Program-made: the position numbers and the translations under genes | Origin: Marsupella aquatica | Lineage: Eukaryota > Plantae > Marchantiophyta | Assembly: GCA_973895155.1 (NCBI GenBank) | Contig: OZ316891.1 | Coordinates: 2,657,324 to 2,721,323 of the forward strand | DNA length: 64,000 nt | Direction of reading: 5' to 3' | Shown here: positions 13,540-26,074 of the stretch, one piece after another | Position numbering within the stretch: position 1 is the first letter of the stretch | Layout: the number at the start of each line of letters is the position of its first letter | Notes under the pieces: generated by a model | The model's database searches: none | Told to the model about the DNA's origin: nothing | Seen by the model: the letters and a program-made list of their open reading frames with translations, nothing else

Positions 13540-14992
13540 TCATGCTGATGGATCTACAGCAGGTACCTCAGCAGGAGCAACTTCCTCCTTCTCTTTCTTA
13601 TCCGCAACTGACAAACTTTCTAGAGCATCCGCAGCTTCATCTGCCTCTTCGTCTGGCTTTTCGTCTACCTTTCCTGCCTTCTCCTGAGCATCCTCGAATG
13701 CAGTTTTAAATTTCTGTGCATCTGAGACAAAACAAGATGCCGAATTAGACGCTAAATGAATAAGCTGTAACGAAGGGAGAGACGAAAGGTCACCAAAAGT
13801 GGCCCCGCCCTCGCTATAGAATCCTCTGATACACAACCTCACTTCCATATTAGAAAGATCCTAGCAATGTCATGACATAGTCAAGAACAGGCCTTGGAGA
13901 ATTGGCGAAGAGTAAACTCAGGGCAGGGACGGGGTTCCAATTTAGCTTCGGAGGTAGGTTACTTACTTTCGACGCTACCGAGGCGCAAGCAAAAGAGCGC
14001 TTCCTTCAGCTCGCCATCCGAGTAGTCAGACGCGTGCCATACCCAAGATTTATCACTTCCAGCGTGCTCTTGCAAAGTGGTGGCTGGAATAACTGCCATC
14101 CATCCATCGGTTCAAGATTCCACTATCAGACTCCACTACAAAACTTAAACCCGTCGATGGAAAAAGGGAAACGTACGAGACGCACTTCACATCCGCACGC
14201 GCTCCAAAAAACTCTGCTGCTACAACGACTCACATTCTACCATGCAGCTGTGACAACCACCGCCCTTTAAGGTCCCACAGCCATCCAAGATCCACGGACG
14301 ACAGGACCTGGTGGATCGACTACGGCGTGGGCAATTGTATCCAAACAGGGAGCTCAACTGGCATGGAAGGAATCGAATCCTTACCCAGATGGTTGGCACA
14401 AATCTTGAGAGTCCTGCTTTGACGCATAAGCAAACGGATCTTTCGCGTCTCTTTGTGCTGCAGCAGCTTCACTTGCCCTACTCCTCTCTCCTTCCACTGG
14501 TTCCCCTCTTTGTCGAACCGATAGAGCTTCGATTTTCTGCACGATCCGAGGTGAATCAGGTCGCCATCAATCAATCAATCCACCCACCATGCCACAAAGG
14601 ATATCTATCCCGCACGCTCACAATCAACCAAGAAAAACAACAAAAGAAGGGGAGAAAGCAGACACTCAGAACGGCAAACCCTAAAAAACTTACAAATCTA
14701 GCAGAACGTCCTCATTCTCCTCTCCGGTACTGATTATGACTTCCTCGAGCCTCACGATAGGTGCAATCTGCGCTCCCGTGTCCTCCTCATCTCCGGGCGC
14801 TTTGACATCCTCCCCTGCTACTCCAGCCTCTGCGGTTGCAGTCGATGGGGCCGCGACCGTCTCACTAGTTGTCGTCGCCGCAGTGCTTTCCGCAGCCTTC
14901 TCTTCTCCAGCAGCAACAGCAGGGACAGCAGGAACAGCAGTACTCGTCTCCTCTTTCTTCGAATCCTCCCCCTCAAACGGTTCCCCCGCCAT
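13540..14992 (-). CDS. RANBP1: Ran-binding protein 1 (RanBD), 252 aa. Exons 14992-14694, 14536-14385, 14092-13967, 13721-13540
   Basis: [91 protein letters not shown] is the plant RanBP1 signature, followed by an acidic tail. GT-AG introns, 759 nt in frame. Confidence 0.97.
14676..14684. promoter_or_regulatory. Telo-box (AAACCCTAA) at the 5' end of RanBP1 intron 1
   Basis: Motif match only. Telo-boxes are common in 5' regions of plant housekeeping genes. Confidence 0.35.
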
Positions 14993-15652
14993 ATCGTTTC
15001 TTTCTCACAGTCTCCTCCTCCTCCACAACCACAAATCCTCCTCCAAATCTCCAACTCTCAAAACCTCGAAACCTCGAAATCCCCGAATCTCAAATCCTCC
15101 CTCCAATCAACAAATCCTTCCTCTTCCCCTGTTCCTGGAAAAGCTATCAATCTAGGTTTCTCTCCTTCCTACCCTTCTCCTCTTCCTGCTCCACTTTCTT
15201 CGTTCTTCTCCGGCTCAGTGCATATAATAACAATACCACTACAGTCGACTCACGTCTTCGAGCTTTTCTTCGAACGACTGACTTTCCTCTGAATCGCTCG
15301 CCTTCGTTTTCTCCTCTCTCTCTTTCCAACGAGCTCCAAGCGAACGGCAGCGACGGCGCCGTCACGGCGGGAGGACGGCGGGAGGACGGCGGGCAGAGAA
15401 GGAGGGGGCGGGGGTTCGCGAGACGCCTACCGTCGAGAGTCGGCTAACCCGAGCCGGAGATCGCAAGGGCAACAAACCCCAGCAACGGCAACGACGGGGG
15501 CGAGGGCTAGGGGGCAGCATGGAACCCGGTCGCGTACTGCCCCTACTGCCCTAGAATATTCATACTCGTGTTGTGTGAGGAAAATCGCCGACAAATGTCT
15601 TCACACGCCCGCAGTCCGAGAGTACCGGGCGTGTGGAGATCTCTAACCATGG

Positions 15653-15662
15653 TACACGTGTA
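15653..15662. promoter_or_regulatory. Palindromic G-box (TACACGTGTA) upstream of RanBP1
   Basis: CACGTG core in a 10-bp palindrome, with a second TACGTG core just downstream. Motif evidence only. Confidence 0.35.
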
Positions 15663-15799
15663 GGGTACGTGACCCATGGCCCACTAACAGGCAATGGAAG
15701 CACGCATAACCTTGACTTTTTATTTTTCATAGAAAATTTTGAAAGTAGGAGGTGCTGGCTGGGGTTTATGAGCAGGGTGAGGAGGTTACGCCCATGTCC

Positions 15800-16190
15800 C
15801 TCCAATATATATCATTGTGCCCAAGGGCAAAAAAGGAGCCAATATATATCATTGTGGCCAAAAAATGTCTAACAGAGATATGATCCCAATGACAATGCAA
15901 CCCAATGAAAGAAAGGAAAAGAGGGGAAGGGGCATGGGTTAGCTCCCTCCAATATATATCCTTGTGGGCAAAAAATGTTGAACAGGGAGACATGATTCCA
16001 ATGACAAAACAACCTAATGAAAGGAAGGAAAAGGTGAAACATGATTCCAGTGGCAGAGCAACCCAATGTAGGGAAGAAAAAGAGGGGAAAGGGCCATAGG
16101 TTAGCTAGCATAACCCCAAACACTTTCTTACACTTTCTCCCACATAACAGGTTAGCTAGCATAACTCCAAACACTTTCTCCCACATAACA
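15800..16190 (+). repeat. A-rich dispersed repeat with internal tandem duplications
   Basis: CCAATATATATC three times, ATGAT.CCA.TG three times, AGGTTAGCTAGCATAAC..CAAACACTTTCT twice. Homologous to the inverted copy at 20610-20715. Confidence 0.75.
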
Positions 16191-17373
16191 TTTTTAAATT
16201 TTGAGACTATTTTGAGACTCAGAGAGGCAGACTGGGGTTGTGTTAGGATAAACCATGTCCTCCAAGAGCCCATGGGCTACCAACCATGACCTCAGACACT
16301 CTTTTTCACATAAAATTGTGAGACTTGCTGAGGTTGGCTGAGTATTTTGAAGATTTTGAGAGTTAGGTTTGAGGGGCTATATTGCACAAAATGCTCTGGT
16401 GGTGGGACCTTCCTGCAGATAAAGGCTACGAGAGTTTCCATTTTACTAATTTTGGTGAAGAGTAGACGAGAACTTTCATAACGAGCTGCTCGAAGCCTTG
16501 AGAGTGTGCATTCTTCTCCAAAATGCACTGAAAATTACGAAGAGAAAATTCACGAAGGGACATTAAGGCTGCGACCTCCCCTGAAATTACGATGGAAGTA
16601 AAACAGTAGGGAGTTCTGGACTAACAAACACTTGTCCCTATGGCTGCAGTGGTAGTGCGGCCCTCATTTAATTATCACATTGATGTGTCCTAAAGTTTTA
16701 AGAACAGATAGCCACAGCCCTACCTGGTAATCTTCTATTAGGAGTAAATGACGTTCCTGCTTGAATGGATTTTCATGGAAAGACTTGGATTTCACGATCT
16801 TGAACTGTTTTATCAGATACATCAGATAGCCCTTCTTACATTTCCTCCAGACTCTTCCGTACATCTAGACATGAATCAGTCTTCTTACATTTCCTCTAAT
16901 GAAAGACTCCTTTGTACATCTCTAGACATCAATCACACATCAATCACAGTGAGCCTCCTAGAGCAACACTTTACAGGGACCACGCACGATCTGAAATCCT
17001 GCAGGCGACCAGCTGATCTTAAGAGACCTTTTTCCCAGCGACAAACCATCTCGGGTGGTGGCTCCTTTCAATCAAGGCGAGCTTTTCTCATTTAGACAGG
17101 AGAAAAAGGACTTCTGATTCAAAATACAGGCTAACATAGACCCGTGCCATAAGGACTGGATAGTGTTGTGCCATAAAGCGACAATAAGATGAGATAATCA
17201 ACCAGAACCAGCAAGCAAGACAAGATGTTTGCCACATATGCGAAGGATCACGAAACAGAACCAAAATAACGGCAATCATCTGAAGCGGCTGCTGTGCAGT
17301 TCCTCACTTCCTAGAGCAGATCTTCATTGCACACTGTTCCCATCCATAGCGAAGCGCAAAATCCCAGCCTAGA

Positions 17374-20068
17374 CTATTGAGATGGAGGAGGTGGAGGTGG
17401 AGGCCGTTGCATCATTGGTTGACCCATATTTGGAGGTTGAGGAGGACGCATCCCCTGCGGTGGAGGTCCTGAAAATCCTTGGGGTGGACGTGGGGGGCCA
17501 CCCATTTGAGGAGGCCCAGGTGGTCCACCGGGTGGGCCAGGTTGAAAGTTGCGAGGACCCCCCATGCCCATTGGTGGAGGACCACCAAACATTGGTGGGG
17601 GTGGGGGTGGAAAGCCTCCACCCATTGGCCTAGGAGGGCCACCCATATTAGGTGGTGGTGGGGGTGGAGCCCCCCCTGATGATGGTCCATTCATTGGCAT
17701 TGGCCCCCGGTTCGGAGGTGCAAACCCCATAGGCGGTGGTGGAGGGCCTGAAGCTGGCGGACCAGGCACAGCACCCCCTTGAGGAGGAGGTGGTCGAGGA
17801 GGCGGGGCTCCTGATGGTGGCGGTGGTCCTCTAGCTGGGGCAGCAGGCCCACCTTTGCCAGGTTCGGCTTGTTTAGGCTTGAAATGAAGTTGCAGCTGCA
17901 GTCATAAGCCAATCATCGACCACGGAAGCAAGTAAAATTAACAAGCATCTTGTGGACTTGACCCATATTACCATTACTCAACTACTTTCTTGCAAACCGT
18001 TGATGATTGCCACTTGAGACATCCACCGTATGGACATAACATCAGAGCAAACTAAGCCAGCACAACGCAACGTCATGGGCTCAGAAGAGAAACCTTCAGA
18101 ATGCAAAACGGCTGGACTTTCTTTTCTAAACCCTGCAGGAGCCAATCTGAAACTACACCAACTGTCAAGACGTACTCTATACCCACAAAAGATTTGAGGC
18201 TATACATACCGTAAACATTTTGGAATCTGGATCCCAATGCGTGAAAAACTTATGAGGAACCTTGTCAATTTCTGTACTCGGTACCTGTTCGAAAGTAGCA
18301 CATCAGACACATCAGACACGGCAGTAGACAATAACAGATTGATAGACATTACTCTTCCCACAAGGATTAGAAAGAGATCCAGAGAATAGGAAGAACGATA
18401 CATTCTGAAAGTGTGATCCAAACGCGTATCATTTCATTAAAAGGACCACATACCTTGAAGGCGATAATTTCATACGGCTCTGCGGCAAAGAGAAGATATT
18501 GATATCGCTTATCCCAGGCTTGCACTCTCTGAACGAACATCAGATCACGTATAAGGAACCATTTACAACAGTCAAATTCTACCACAAACTAAGCGTTACA
18601 GGACAGCCTAAGAAATCTAAAACAACGCACAGCGCAGTTCTTCTACGGTTGTCTGTGACAGCTGCGACCCCTTCAGTTGTAAACCACTGCCTATACTTCA
18701 AATCAAGTGTGCATGAATCTAGTCGTAGGTCCACCACAGACTACCAAAAGAGAGTTTGCAATTTTCAGGCCCTTAGGAGACGAACACTCTGAGAGTCGTT
18801 TCCATTACAGAGTAATAGAATAAGAGAGAGCCACAAAGGGTATTTTGGCGTTAAAATGTCAGAAGTCCTGCTCAAATCTTACCTGATTAGTCTTTTCCTT
18901 TCTAATGGCAACAGGAATAGGAACCTTGGAAGTTCACATTTACCTGCTCATAGGACGACATGAATCGATGTCTTGGTTTGGCCGCATCTTCTATTTCAGG
19001 ATACTCAATCTGCGACCACATAATACTTGACTTCAACTATGAGAACCTAAACCAAGACAGTCCCCGACCTAACCTAATATCGTCTCATGACATTAATGAG
19101 CAGCTTCTAAGCTGCATACAAAGTGAAGAAAACATACAACACGAAAAGGGCTAGCAAGCTCGGTCTAGCAACTCGAAGAGATATTCACCTGAAACAAAAG
19201 TGAGCGTTGATGAGTTTCCGAATCATACTGCTTTGTTACTCTATAACCAGGTCTTCCAATTTTCACTGCCAGAGATTCCCAACAGGCAATCAGAGAATTT
19301 GACGTAATTTACAAGTCACTGGCAGGTATTCGGAGCTGAACTTTTGTCATCTTCAAATGTGCTCGAGGACACTACAGAGAAATATCAGCGTTAAAAAACG
19401 GGCGAATGCCATGTAGAATTTTTACTTTCAACGCAATTCAAGCTCCGAGGGACGGACCTGTCTTGCGGGGGTTCACTTTTCGCTTGTTTGGCTGAGGTTG
19501 GGCAGGAGCGTCTTTGGCTTCCCTAGCTGCCCTCTTGGCCAAGTTTGTTTGATGTCGCTTTCCTTGAGTGTGTGCCAAATAGTTTCCTTCATTATTGTGA
19601 AGAGTCAAGCACAGTTTACACTCGTAGCTGCAAACAAGGCAGAAACCTATCTCATTATCTTTTGAGCACACATTTGTTGGCAGATAGAAAAAGGAACGGC
19701 ACGCGAGCTTAAGAAGAACATGCAGCCGAATAAGATTCTTGGCATTGGCCCTTAACCTGTGACTTGAGCTAAAAACACGAAGTCGCGGAACGAAGCGCAC
19801 AATCAAAACGGGCACAGGCACTTCATTTGGGAGAACACAACAAATAGAAGCATTCCATAATTCCCTTGGCACAAGACCTAAAATTGTGTTATCACAAAAA
19901 ATCAAGCACCACCAACCTGCCGAGATGATTGCGCATAAAATATGGGTCCTTAGCAAGATCGATGGTCTCCAGCGCCAGCCTCCGCAGGCGTTCCCTCCGA
20001 TCAATCGCCTCATTTTGCGCAGTTGCCGCACCTCCGCTCCCGGGTTTGCTTCCCCAATCCCTATCCAT
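17374..20068 (-). CDS. SF3A2: Splicing factor 3A subunit 2 (SAP62/SF3a66), 378 aa. Exons 20068-19917, 19627-19458, 19265-19189, 19009-18944, 18528-18454, 18284-18210, 17895-17374
   Basis: MDRDWGSKPGSGG..DRRERLRRLALETIDLAKDPYFMRNHLGSYECKLCLTLHNNEGNYLAHTQGKRHQTNL (matrin-type zinc finger), KIGRPGYRVTKQ, RHRFMSSYEQ, YQYLLFAAEPYEIIAFKVPS, Pro/Gly-rich tail. GT-AG introns, 1137 nt in frame. Confidence 0.98.
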
Positions 20069-20609
20069 GACTCAATCCGCCTCGTTACTCCCGTTCACTC
20101 TCCTGTCCGCCCTTTCCGCTTCCTCTACCTTTCTTCGTGCGCTAGTATTCACCTCTTGCAATCCTAGATTTCCTCGCGTACCACATTCCGCAAACTCGTC
20201 ACCTCCTTTCTTCTCGCCTTCAAGCTCTTCCTACTATTTCTCTTCACCTGCTAAATTCTCCACTTCAAGCTGTCCCTCCCATACCCCTTCTTCACCTTCG
20301 AGCGCTGACTCCTCTGCGTGCGATCTGTGCACCACGGCAATCCTAAATTTGCCAGGAATCTCAGGATACGTTTGATTTTCGCTTCGAGCTGGAAACCACA
20401 AAATCTATCTTCCTCTGTGCTCACAGCAGAGCTCGCGTGGATCCCACAAAACCTTGCTCTATGCCTGGAGCACAACCCTAAAGGGCAGTGTTGCATAAAT
20501 CAGATGGGAAACTCTTTGGGCACCACTCTTTAGATGTTGAACTAGATTCTTTCATTGTCTTTGTTCCTTCGTTGGGTTTTGGTTGGGGGATCCCTTGACT
20601 TGTTTTTCT

Positions 20610-20715
20610 TGGGCGCTTTTCCCTCTTTTCCTCCCCTTCAATGGGCTGCTTTGCCATTGGGATCCTGTCTCCCCCCGTTCTGCTTTTTTTGCCCTGGGGC
20701 ACTCTGATATGTATT
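20610..20715 (-). repeat. Inverted copy of the dispersed repeat at 15800-16100
   Basis: Reverse complement AATACATATCAGAGTGCCCCAGGGCAAAAAAAG...GGATCCCAATGGCAAAGCAGCCCATTGAAGGGGAGGAAAAGAGGG aligns by eye to 15804-15925. Confidence 0.7.
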
Positions 20716-20737
20716 AAGGTGACAAAAGAGAACAACT

Positions 20738-20943
20738 TTTAAGTACCTTGCCATTGAAGATGATGTTTGAATTGACAATATTACCACAATATATTTTTAT
20801 CTACAAATATGTCACAATTTAGTATGTGGATGAAAAGTTAACAATGTGTCTATGGAACTATATACTAAAACTGTGGCATATTTATAAGGACTGTGACAGA
20901 ATTGTATATTAATTGAAACATCCTTAGTGGCTATGTACTTAAA
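20738..20943. mobile_element. MITE-like fold-back element, copy 1 (206 bp)
   Basis: TIRs TTTAAGTACCTTGCCATTGAAGATG / CATCCTTAGTGGCTATGTACTTAAA plus an internal inverted pair AAATATGTCACAATTTTAGTAT / ATACTAAAACTGTGGCATATTT. AT-rich, no ORF. Confidence 0.75.
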
Positions 20944-21189
20944 CCCATGTTAAAAAAATTACCTCCAATATTTCTAAGAGCACCTCCACCTGAAAACTGA
21001 CTTACCTCCTCACTGGCCAAAGTGGCTAGTTTCCATTAGGTGATAATGAGAATCACCCCCAGTTTTTGTAGGAAAACCACACCTGAAACTGACTTACCTC
21101 CTCATTGCCCAAAGTGGCTAGCCACTTTTGCAGGCGACCGGCCTGGGTTCCTCCACTAGAGTGTACCCAACCTATTATGAATTAACCAC

Positions 21190-21380
21190 TTTGAACTACT
21201 TTGCCATTAAAGATATTCCAATTGACAATGTTGCCATAAAAAAATTTGTATTTACAAATATGTCACTGTTTTGTATATGGATAACAAGTTCACCAATGTA
21301 ACCAGATAATCATATATACAAAAACTGTGATAAATTAGTAAATGATTAGGTTGGAACAGTTTTAGTGGCATTGTAGTTAA
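21190..21380. mobile_element. MITE-like fold-back element, copy 2 (diverged)
   Basis: TGAACTACTTTGCCATTAAA...TTTAGTGGCATTGTAGTTAA termini; shares AATTGACAAT and TACAAATATGTCAC with copy 1. Confidence 0.7.
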
Positions 21381-23137
21381 TATTTGTATGAACAAAATCT
21401 TCTGTCCCTATAGTGTACCCAGTCGGTCATGCACTACAATTTTCCTCCCCTAGGATATGCACTAAAATGGACAATTATGGAAATTGGGACCACTCTATCA
21501 CTTGTGAGCTGTCTAATGAAATCTCCTAAAATAGATCTGAGACATTACACAGCAATGGCGTGCAAGTCTGGCGTTACTCCCTGCCTGCTTCTAGAGTGTA
21601 GGAGTGGCATGCCAGGCTAAAAAACAGGCAAGACAATCAATCACCTTTTGGAATTTTGGCACCAAAAATGTTCCCCCGTCAACCTTTACTATCTGTAAAT
21701 GTAGGGGACCAATTGGATGTGGGGAGAAAATTTGATCACGAAACACTCCAACCATACACTTGTTCAGTTGTTACATGGTTCGCCTCAAGGTCGGCTACAT
21801 CCACAGGAAGACAATTGAAAGCTTTATTAATGTTTATGTGTCTACTCAAACATCACCATAGTTGTCTCTTTCTTCAAACTCTCATCTCTTGTTATATGCT
21901 ATGTGTTCTCTCTTGATAACTTTCTTTTGTGTGGGCACACCATTTAGTACTTGGAGAGATAAGGGACAATCTCTTCAACTAGGGTAAGAGCAAACCCTAG
22001 TCAACATACTAACTATAGTTCAACCCAAGACTGAGTTAACCTCTGCATTGGAGTGCTCTAAGGATTATGTCATTTGTGTGAAGAGGATTCTGGGATGAGG
22101 GTTTGTCCAAAAGCTAGCCCACTTATGAAGCTTGAACTTGGAGTCTCACTTGTCAAATGAAGACTCCAACAGCTCACCTAAGCTTGTTGCAATGACTAAT
22201 GTAGATTAAACTCTACACTTATGTGGATCCAAGCACCGTAGGTAGGGTTTGGGAATGTGAATACACACACCCTCATGTCTTCACCTTTTGTGCACAATGG
22301 ACAAGAGTAGCATTGAATGGCAGGATCCAATTATAGACAGCAATACAGAAGTCTCCCAATGACCCTTGTTTGAATTGTTCCATAGCCTTCAATCCTCTAA
22401 GACATTAGTCCTTCAATCTCCAAGAATCTTCTCACCTTCCAGGTTGCACCCATGTAGTGCCAGTCTGCAAGCTAAACCAACTGTGGACTTCGTTCTGGGA
22501 TTTCTGATACAAATCCGGTGCCAGGTTTGAGAGGCAGGAAGGACCAGAGGAGTTCTGATCTCAAGCTTGGCAAAACAAAATTGGGTTTTGATTCTGTAGC
22601 ACCCCAAAAGGGCAAAGCTTTTGGTTACACTACTCATCTAGAAAACAAAACTGAATTGGGCCAATTTATTAAAAAAGGGTCAAACAAAGTACAATGCAGT
22701 AAAAGCAAAAGAGGTCCACAAAGGACAAACACAACCTCAGAAGAGATGGGCAAATGCAACCCAAAGACCAAGAAAAAGAAAATTAAATACAATACCAAAA
22801 AAATGTATCATTACAATAGTTTGATGATCTATTGTTCCACATCTAGAGTGGTAACTAAGTTTGCAAGAACATGGATGTCCTCTAAGGGGGAAAGCCTCGG
22901 GAAAGCCTCTGCTCAGGTGCAACAGTATGATTGCTAGAGACCTGCGATAGATTTGTCAGGCTTGAGCACCTTGTAAAGCCACCAAATCTGCTGATGGATA
23001 GTGGTGGTCCTCCACACACCCTGGTCATTTCTTTGCATATCTCTTTGGCTTAGGCTCTCATGTCTTTAATTGTACTTGTTGTGTCCAGCCCTACATGTAA
23101 AGTGTGGACCCTCAAGACAACACAAAAAGAACTAAAT

Positions 23138-23465
23138 AACCAATTGGCTTAGGTCAATTGGCTAGGGGATTTGCCTGGAACTGAGAGGTCCCAGGTTCAA
23201 TCCCCCCCGCCACACACTGGGGTGTGGAGGGTATTTGTATGTGGGTGGGATGGGTTTTGTGGGTAGTGGATTGGAGTTCTGATTATCTGTTCGGCCCCTG
23301 GTCGTCCACTTTGTGGCCCTGATTTAATCTTCTCTCCTTCCTGGTGCGGGTCCCTGTCGGATCCGTTGGGGCTCACCCTAGTCTGGGTTCCCTACAGAAA
23401 AACTGTCACATTGGGATGGGGGGAGTCTAATTGTATTTCCTCCCCATTTCCGTTCAAGACAAAAA
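23138..23465 (+). mobile_element. tRNA-derived SINE with target-site duplication
   Basis: Pol III A-box-like TAGGTCAATTGG (23150-23161), B-box GGTTCAATCCC (23194-23204), unrelated body, A-run tail. Direct repeat AAAAAGAACTAAAT at 23124-23137 and 23466-23479. Confidence 0.85.
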
Positions 23466-26074
23466 AAAAAGAACTAAATTATAATTTTCTAATATGATAG
23501 GCACCCTCATTTGGTACCGTTGACTAAAAGTGTAGCACTAGGAACTGACATTTTAAGGTAGAGGAGGTTTGGTACTACAAATATTTGAAAGGGGTACATA
23601 TGGAGGCTACGGTAAAGACAGAACACCAATCATTGTTGTCTCAATTGTCGTCCTTGTCATTGAAGAGCATAGCTAGTGCAAACTTGACAAGTTGTAGACG
23701 GGGCCACCACCTGCAAGGGTGCTGAGGTTGACAATACACTTTCTACCTATAAGACTGAAGACCGGGCTCAAGACTCATGTCTTGGCTGAAGTGTACTGCA
23801 TGGCCCCATGGAGACATGGAAGTTGTAATGGGGGACTTCCTGTTGCCATCCATCATCTTGTGTCATTTGTCACCAAACCAGGCACCCATAAAGTGGCTCG
23901 TGGGGGTGACAAGTATGAGCTTTGGGCAACATTTGGGAGATAATTGTTCCATTTGCATGTTTGGGACATGCACGAGGATGTATGCTAGCAAATACACGAG
24001 TTCTTATTAGGATTGGGAAAGTCATCTGCTTATGGGGGTATAAGTCAACCGATTAAATGGCATAGCCTAGACTGTATGATGCATTGCCAGGGGCAAAGCA
24101 CTTTAGCTAGATTAAACAAGTAGACAATCTATTGTGATGGAAAACTACTTTCAGAGTATAGTCTCTAGACAGTGACTCTGGGCCGTGACTCTGGGTGCAA
24201 CCAAAGTTGGGGGTGCAAGTGGAAAACAGGGATTGGGGGCATTTAACTATATTACTGTGGTCAAAAGTTAGTTTTCAGGCCCATTTTCAGGCCTCTAGAC
24301 CCTGACTTGGGGGCATAATTGAACTTGGGGGGCAAGTAGAAAATGGGGATTGGGGTCAGGGTGAGTCTCCAAAATGATGCAAGGGGCTTGAATGTCCTCA
24401 CCTCTATTTATGTTCAAAGAATGGGCATTCAGGCTAGTTAGCTTTATTAATCAGAAACTTTAGTGAACCAAAAAAAGTGCGCAGGGTATATCACAATTCA
24501 AGCCACTTGTAAAAATCAAATTGCCTTGGCAAACTGATTTTATATCCAAGAGCAAGTCTTTCATTGTCAATAATAAATAGATTGTCCAAGAGATACAGCA
24601 CTAAGATCCTGGATTTGGTTGATACTAGTTTAGTCTTAAGGCTGAAAAAAATTCAAAGACAACAAAGTGCAGGCCTGACAAATTATATTCAACTAACAGC
24701 ATTCCAAGCCGGATGCATGCTTTCCACCAGAAGGGATTTGAAGACAACTTCTAGGCAACCAGAAATATAACTTTCAGACCACTTCAAAGGAGCAGTTACA
24801 AGTAAGGTAAAGCCCTCCCAAGGAAGGTGATTTCCAGAATGAATGTCCAAGGGCTTTGAGCTGGCTAGGGTTTTTCATTTGGGGAACTCCTTGACACAAA
24901 AGGCTTTACCATGCTTTGAGTTTTGTCAAATTTTCCTTTAACAGAGCTAAAATGCAACATGGAATGCACTTCACAGGCTCTGGAGTGCACACTGTTGCAG
25001 CAGAATTGCACTTTATATCCTTCAGTATTGCTCTGGGCAAAGGTTGTTGAATTTACTAACAAAATTCTTGATAAAGCTTTAAAGATGAGGCAAACAAATT
25101 CTATGGCTAGATTCTCTATGTTGAGGAATCCAAAGCAATACATTCATATGTCTTTTGGCAGGAAAGAAGCTATTCATATTTCTCAATTGAAGTTTGTCAC
25201 ATTCATCATAGCTTCAATCTTGAGAATCAAAACTATGCCATTATATTTACAGGAAAAAAGCTTCATTAAGAGTTAGGGCTAGCCATTTATACAGAGTGCA
25301 GCCTCAGGGATTGATTACCAATGTTGTGCGCAAACATATTGGGGTTGCCTGAGTCCATCCGAGCACCTTGTCAAACCTTTGTGTCTGTCCGGGCTTTCTT
25401 TGTTCAAAATTTCTTTTAATAGAAAGGAAACATTGTAAAACCTTGCATGTATGGGTGTATGGGTAGTTGCCAACTTGGGCTCGCAATTTTAGAAACGAAT
25501 CCAGATTCCCCTAACGACATCCAAAATCTCGTTATGACTGCATTACGTGCTCCGTGGCATTTATTACAGTATCGCCCTCGTCCAATTGAACAGTTGCCAA
25601 GTTTTGAGCTAACGACCACCGTCCAGATGATGAGATTGGGGCCCACGCGTGTCAAACCTGAATCGAGGAAAAATGACTGGGTCGATGGATTATACCCGTC
25701 TGCATAGTGTTTCAAACTTTGAACCCTAAGTATAAGTAAAGCATTGGTAGCTTTGCAGATTTTCAGTTTTGTCGTCTTCAATCTATATGAGGCGGTTCTT
25801 GGCTCATTACAAAGCTTACTTTATAAAACTACGGTGCTTCATCAGAAAATTGACTTTGGAAGGGAACATGCATGGATGCTGTTCCAACTTTGAAATTGTA
25901 AGTGAACGATGGTATAAAACCGTGATTCTTCGCATATTTGTTGTTTGGTCATCAATCCAGTGATTCTTGCTTGATACAAAGCTTATTTTATCCTCTTTCT
26001 TTTGAGCTAAGGTGCGTTGTCAGGGGTTTGGTATTCGGAGAGAAATCTTACTCGCAACTTACGGATGGAATAGA

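Noticed and set aside
14736-15447. Plus-strand 139- and 192-aa ORFs
   Set aside because: Antisense shadows of RanBP1 exon 1 and its low-complexity 5' UTR.
23145-23215. Functional tRNA gene
   Set aside because: A and B boxes are present, but no convincing acceptor or anticodon stem, and it is embedded in a TSD-flanked SINE.
24560-25280. ORFs of 68-117 aa in the SF3A2-PMIR intergenic region
   Set aside because: No motif or splice-consistent model found.
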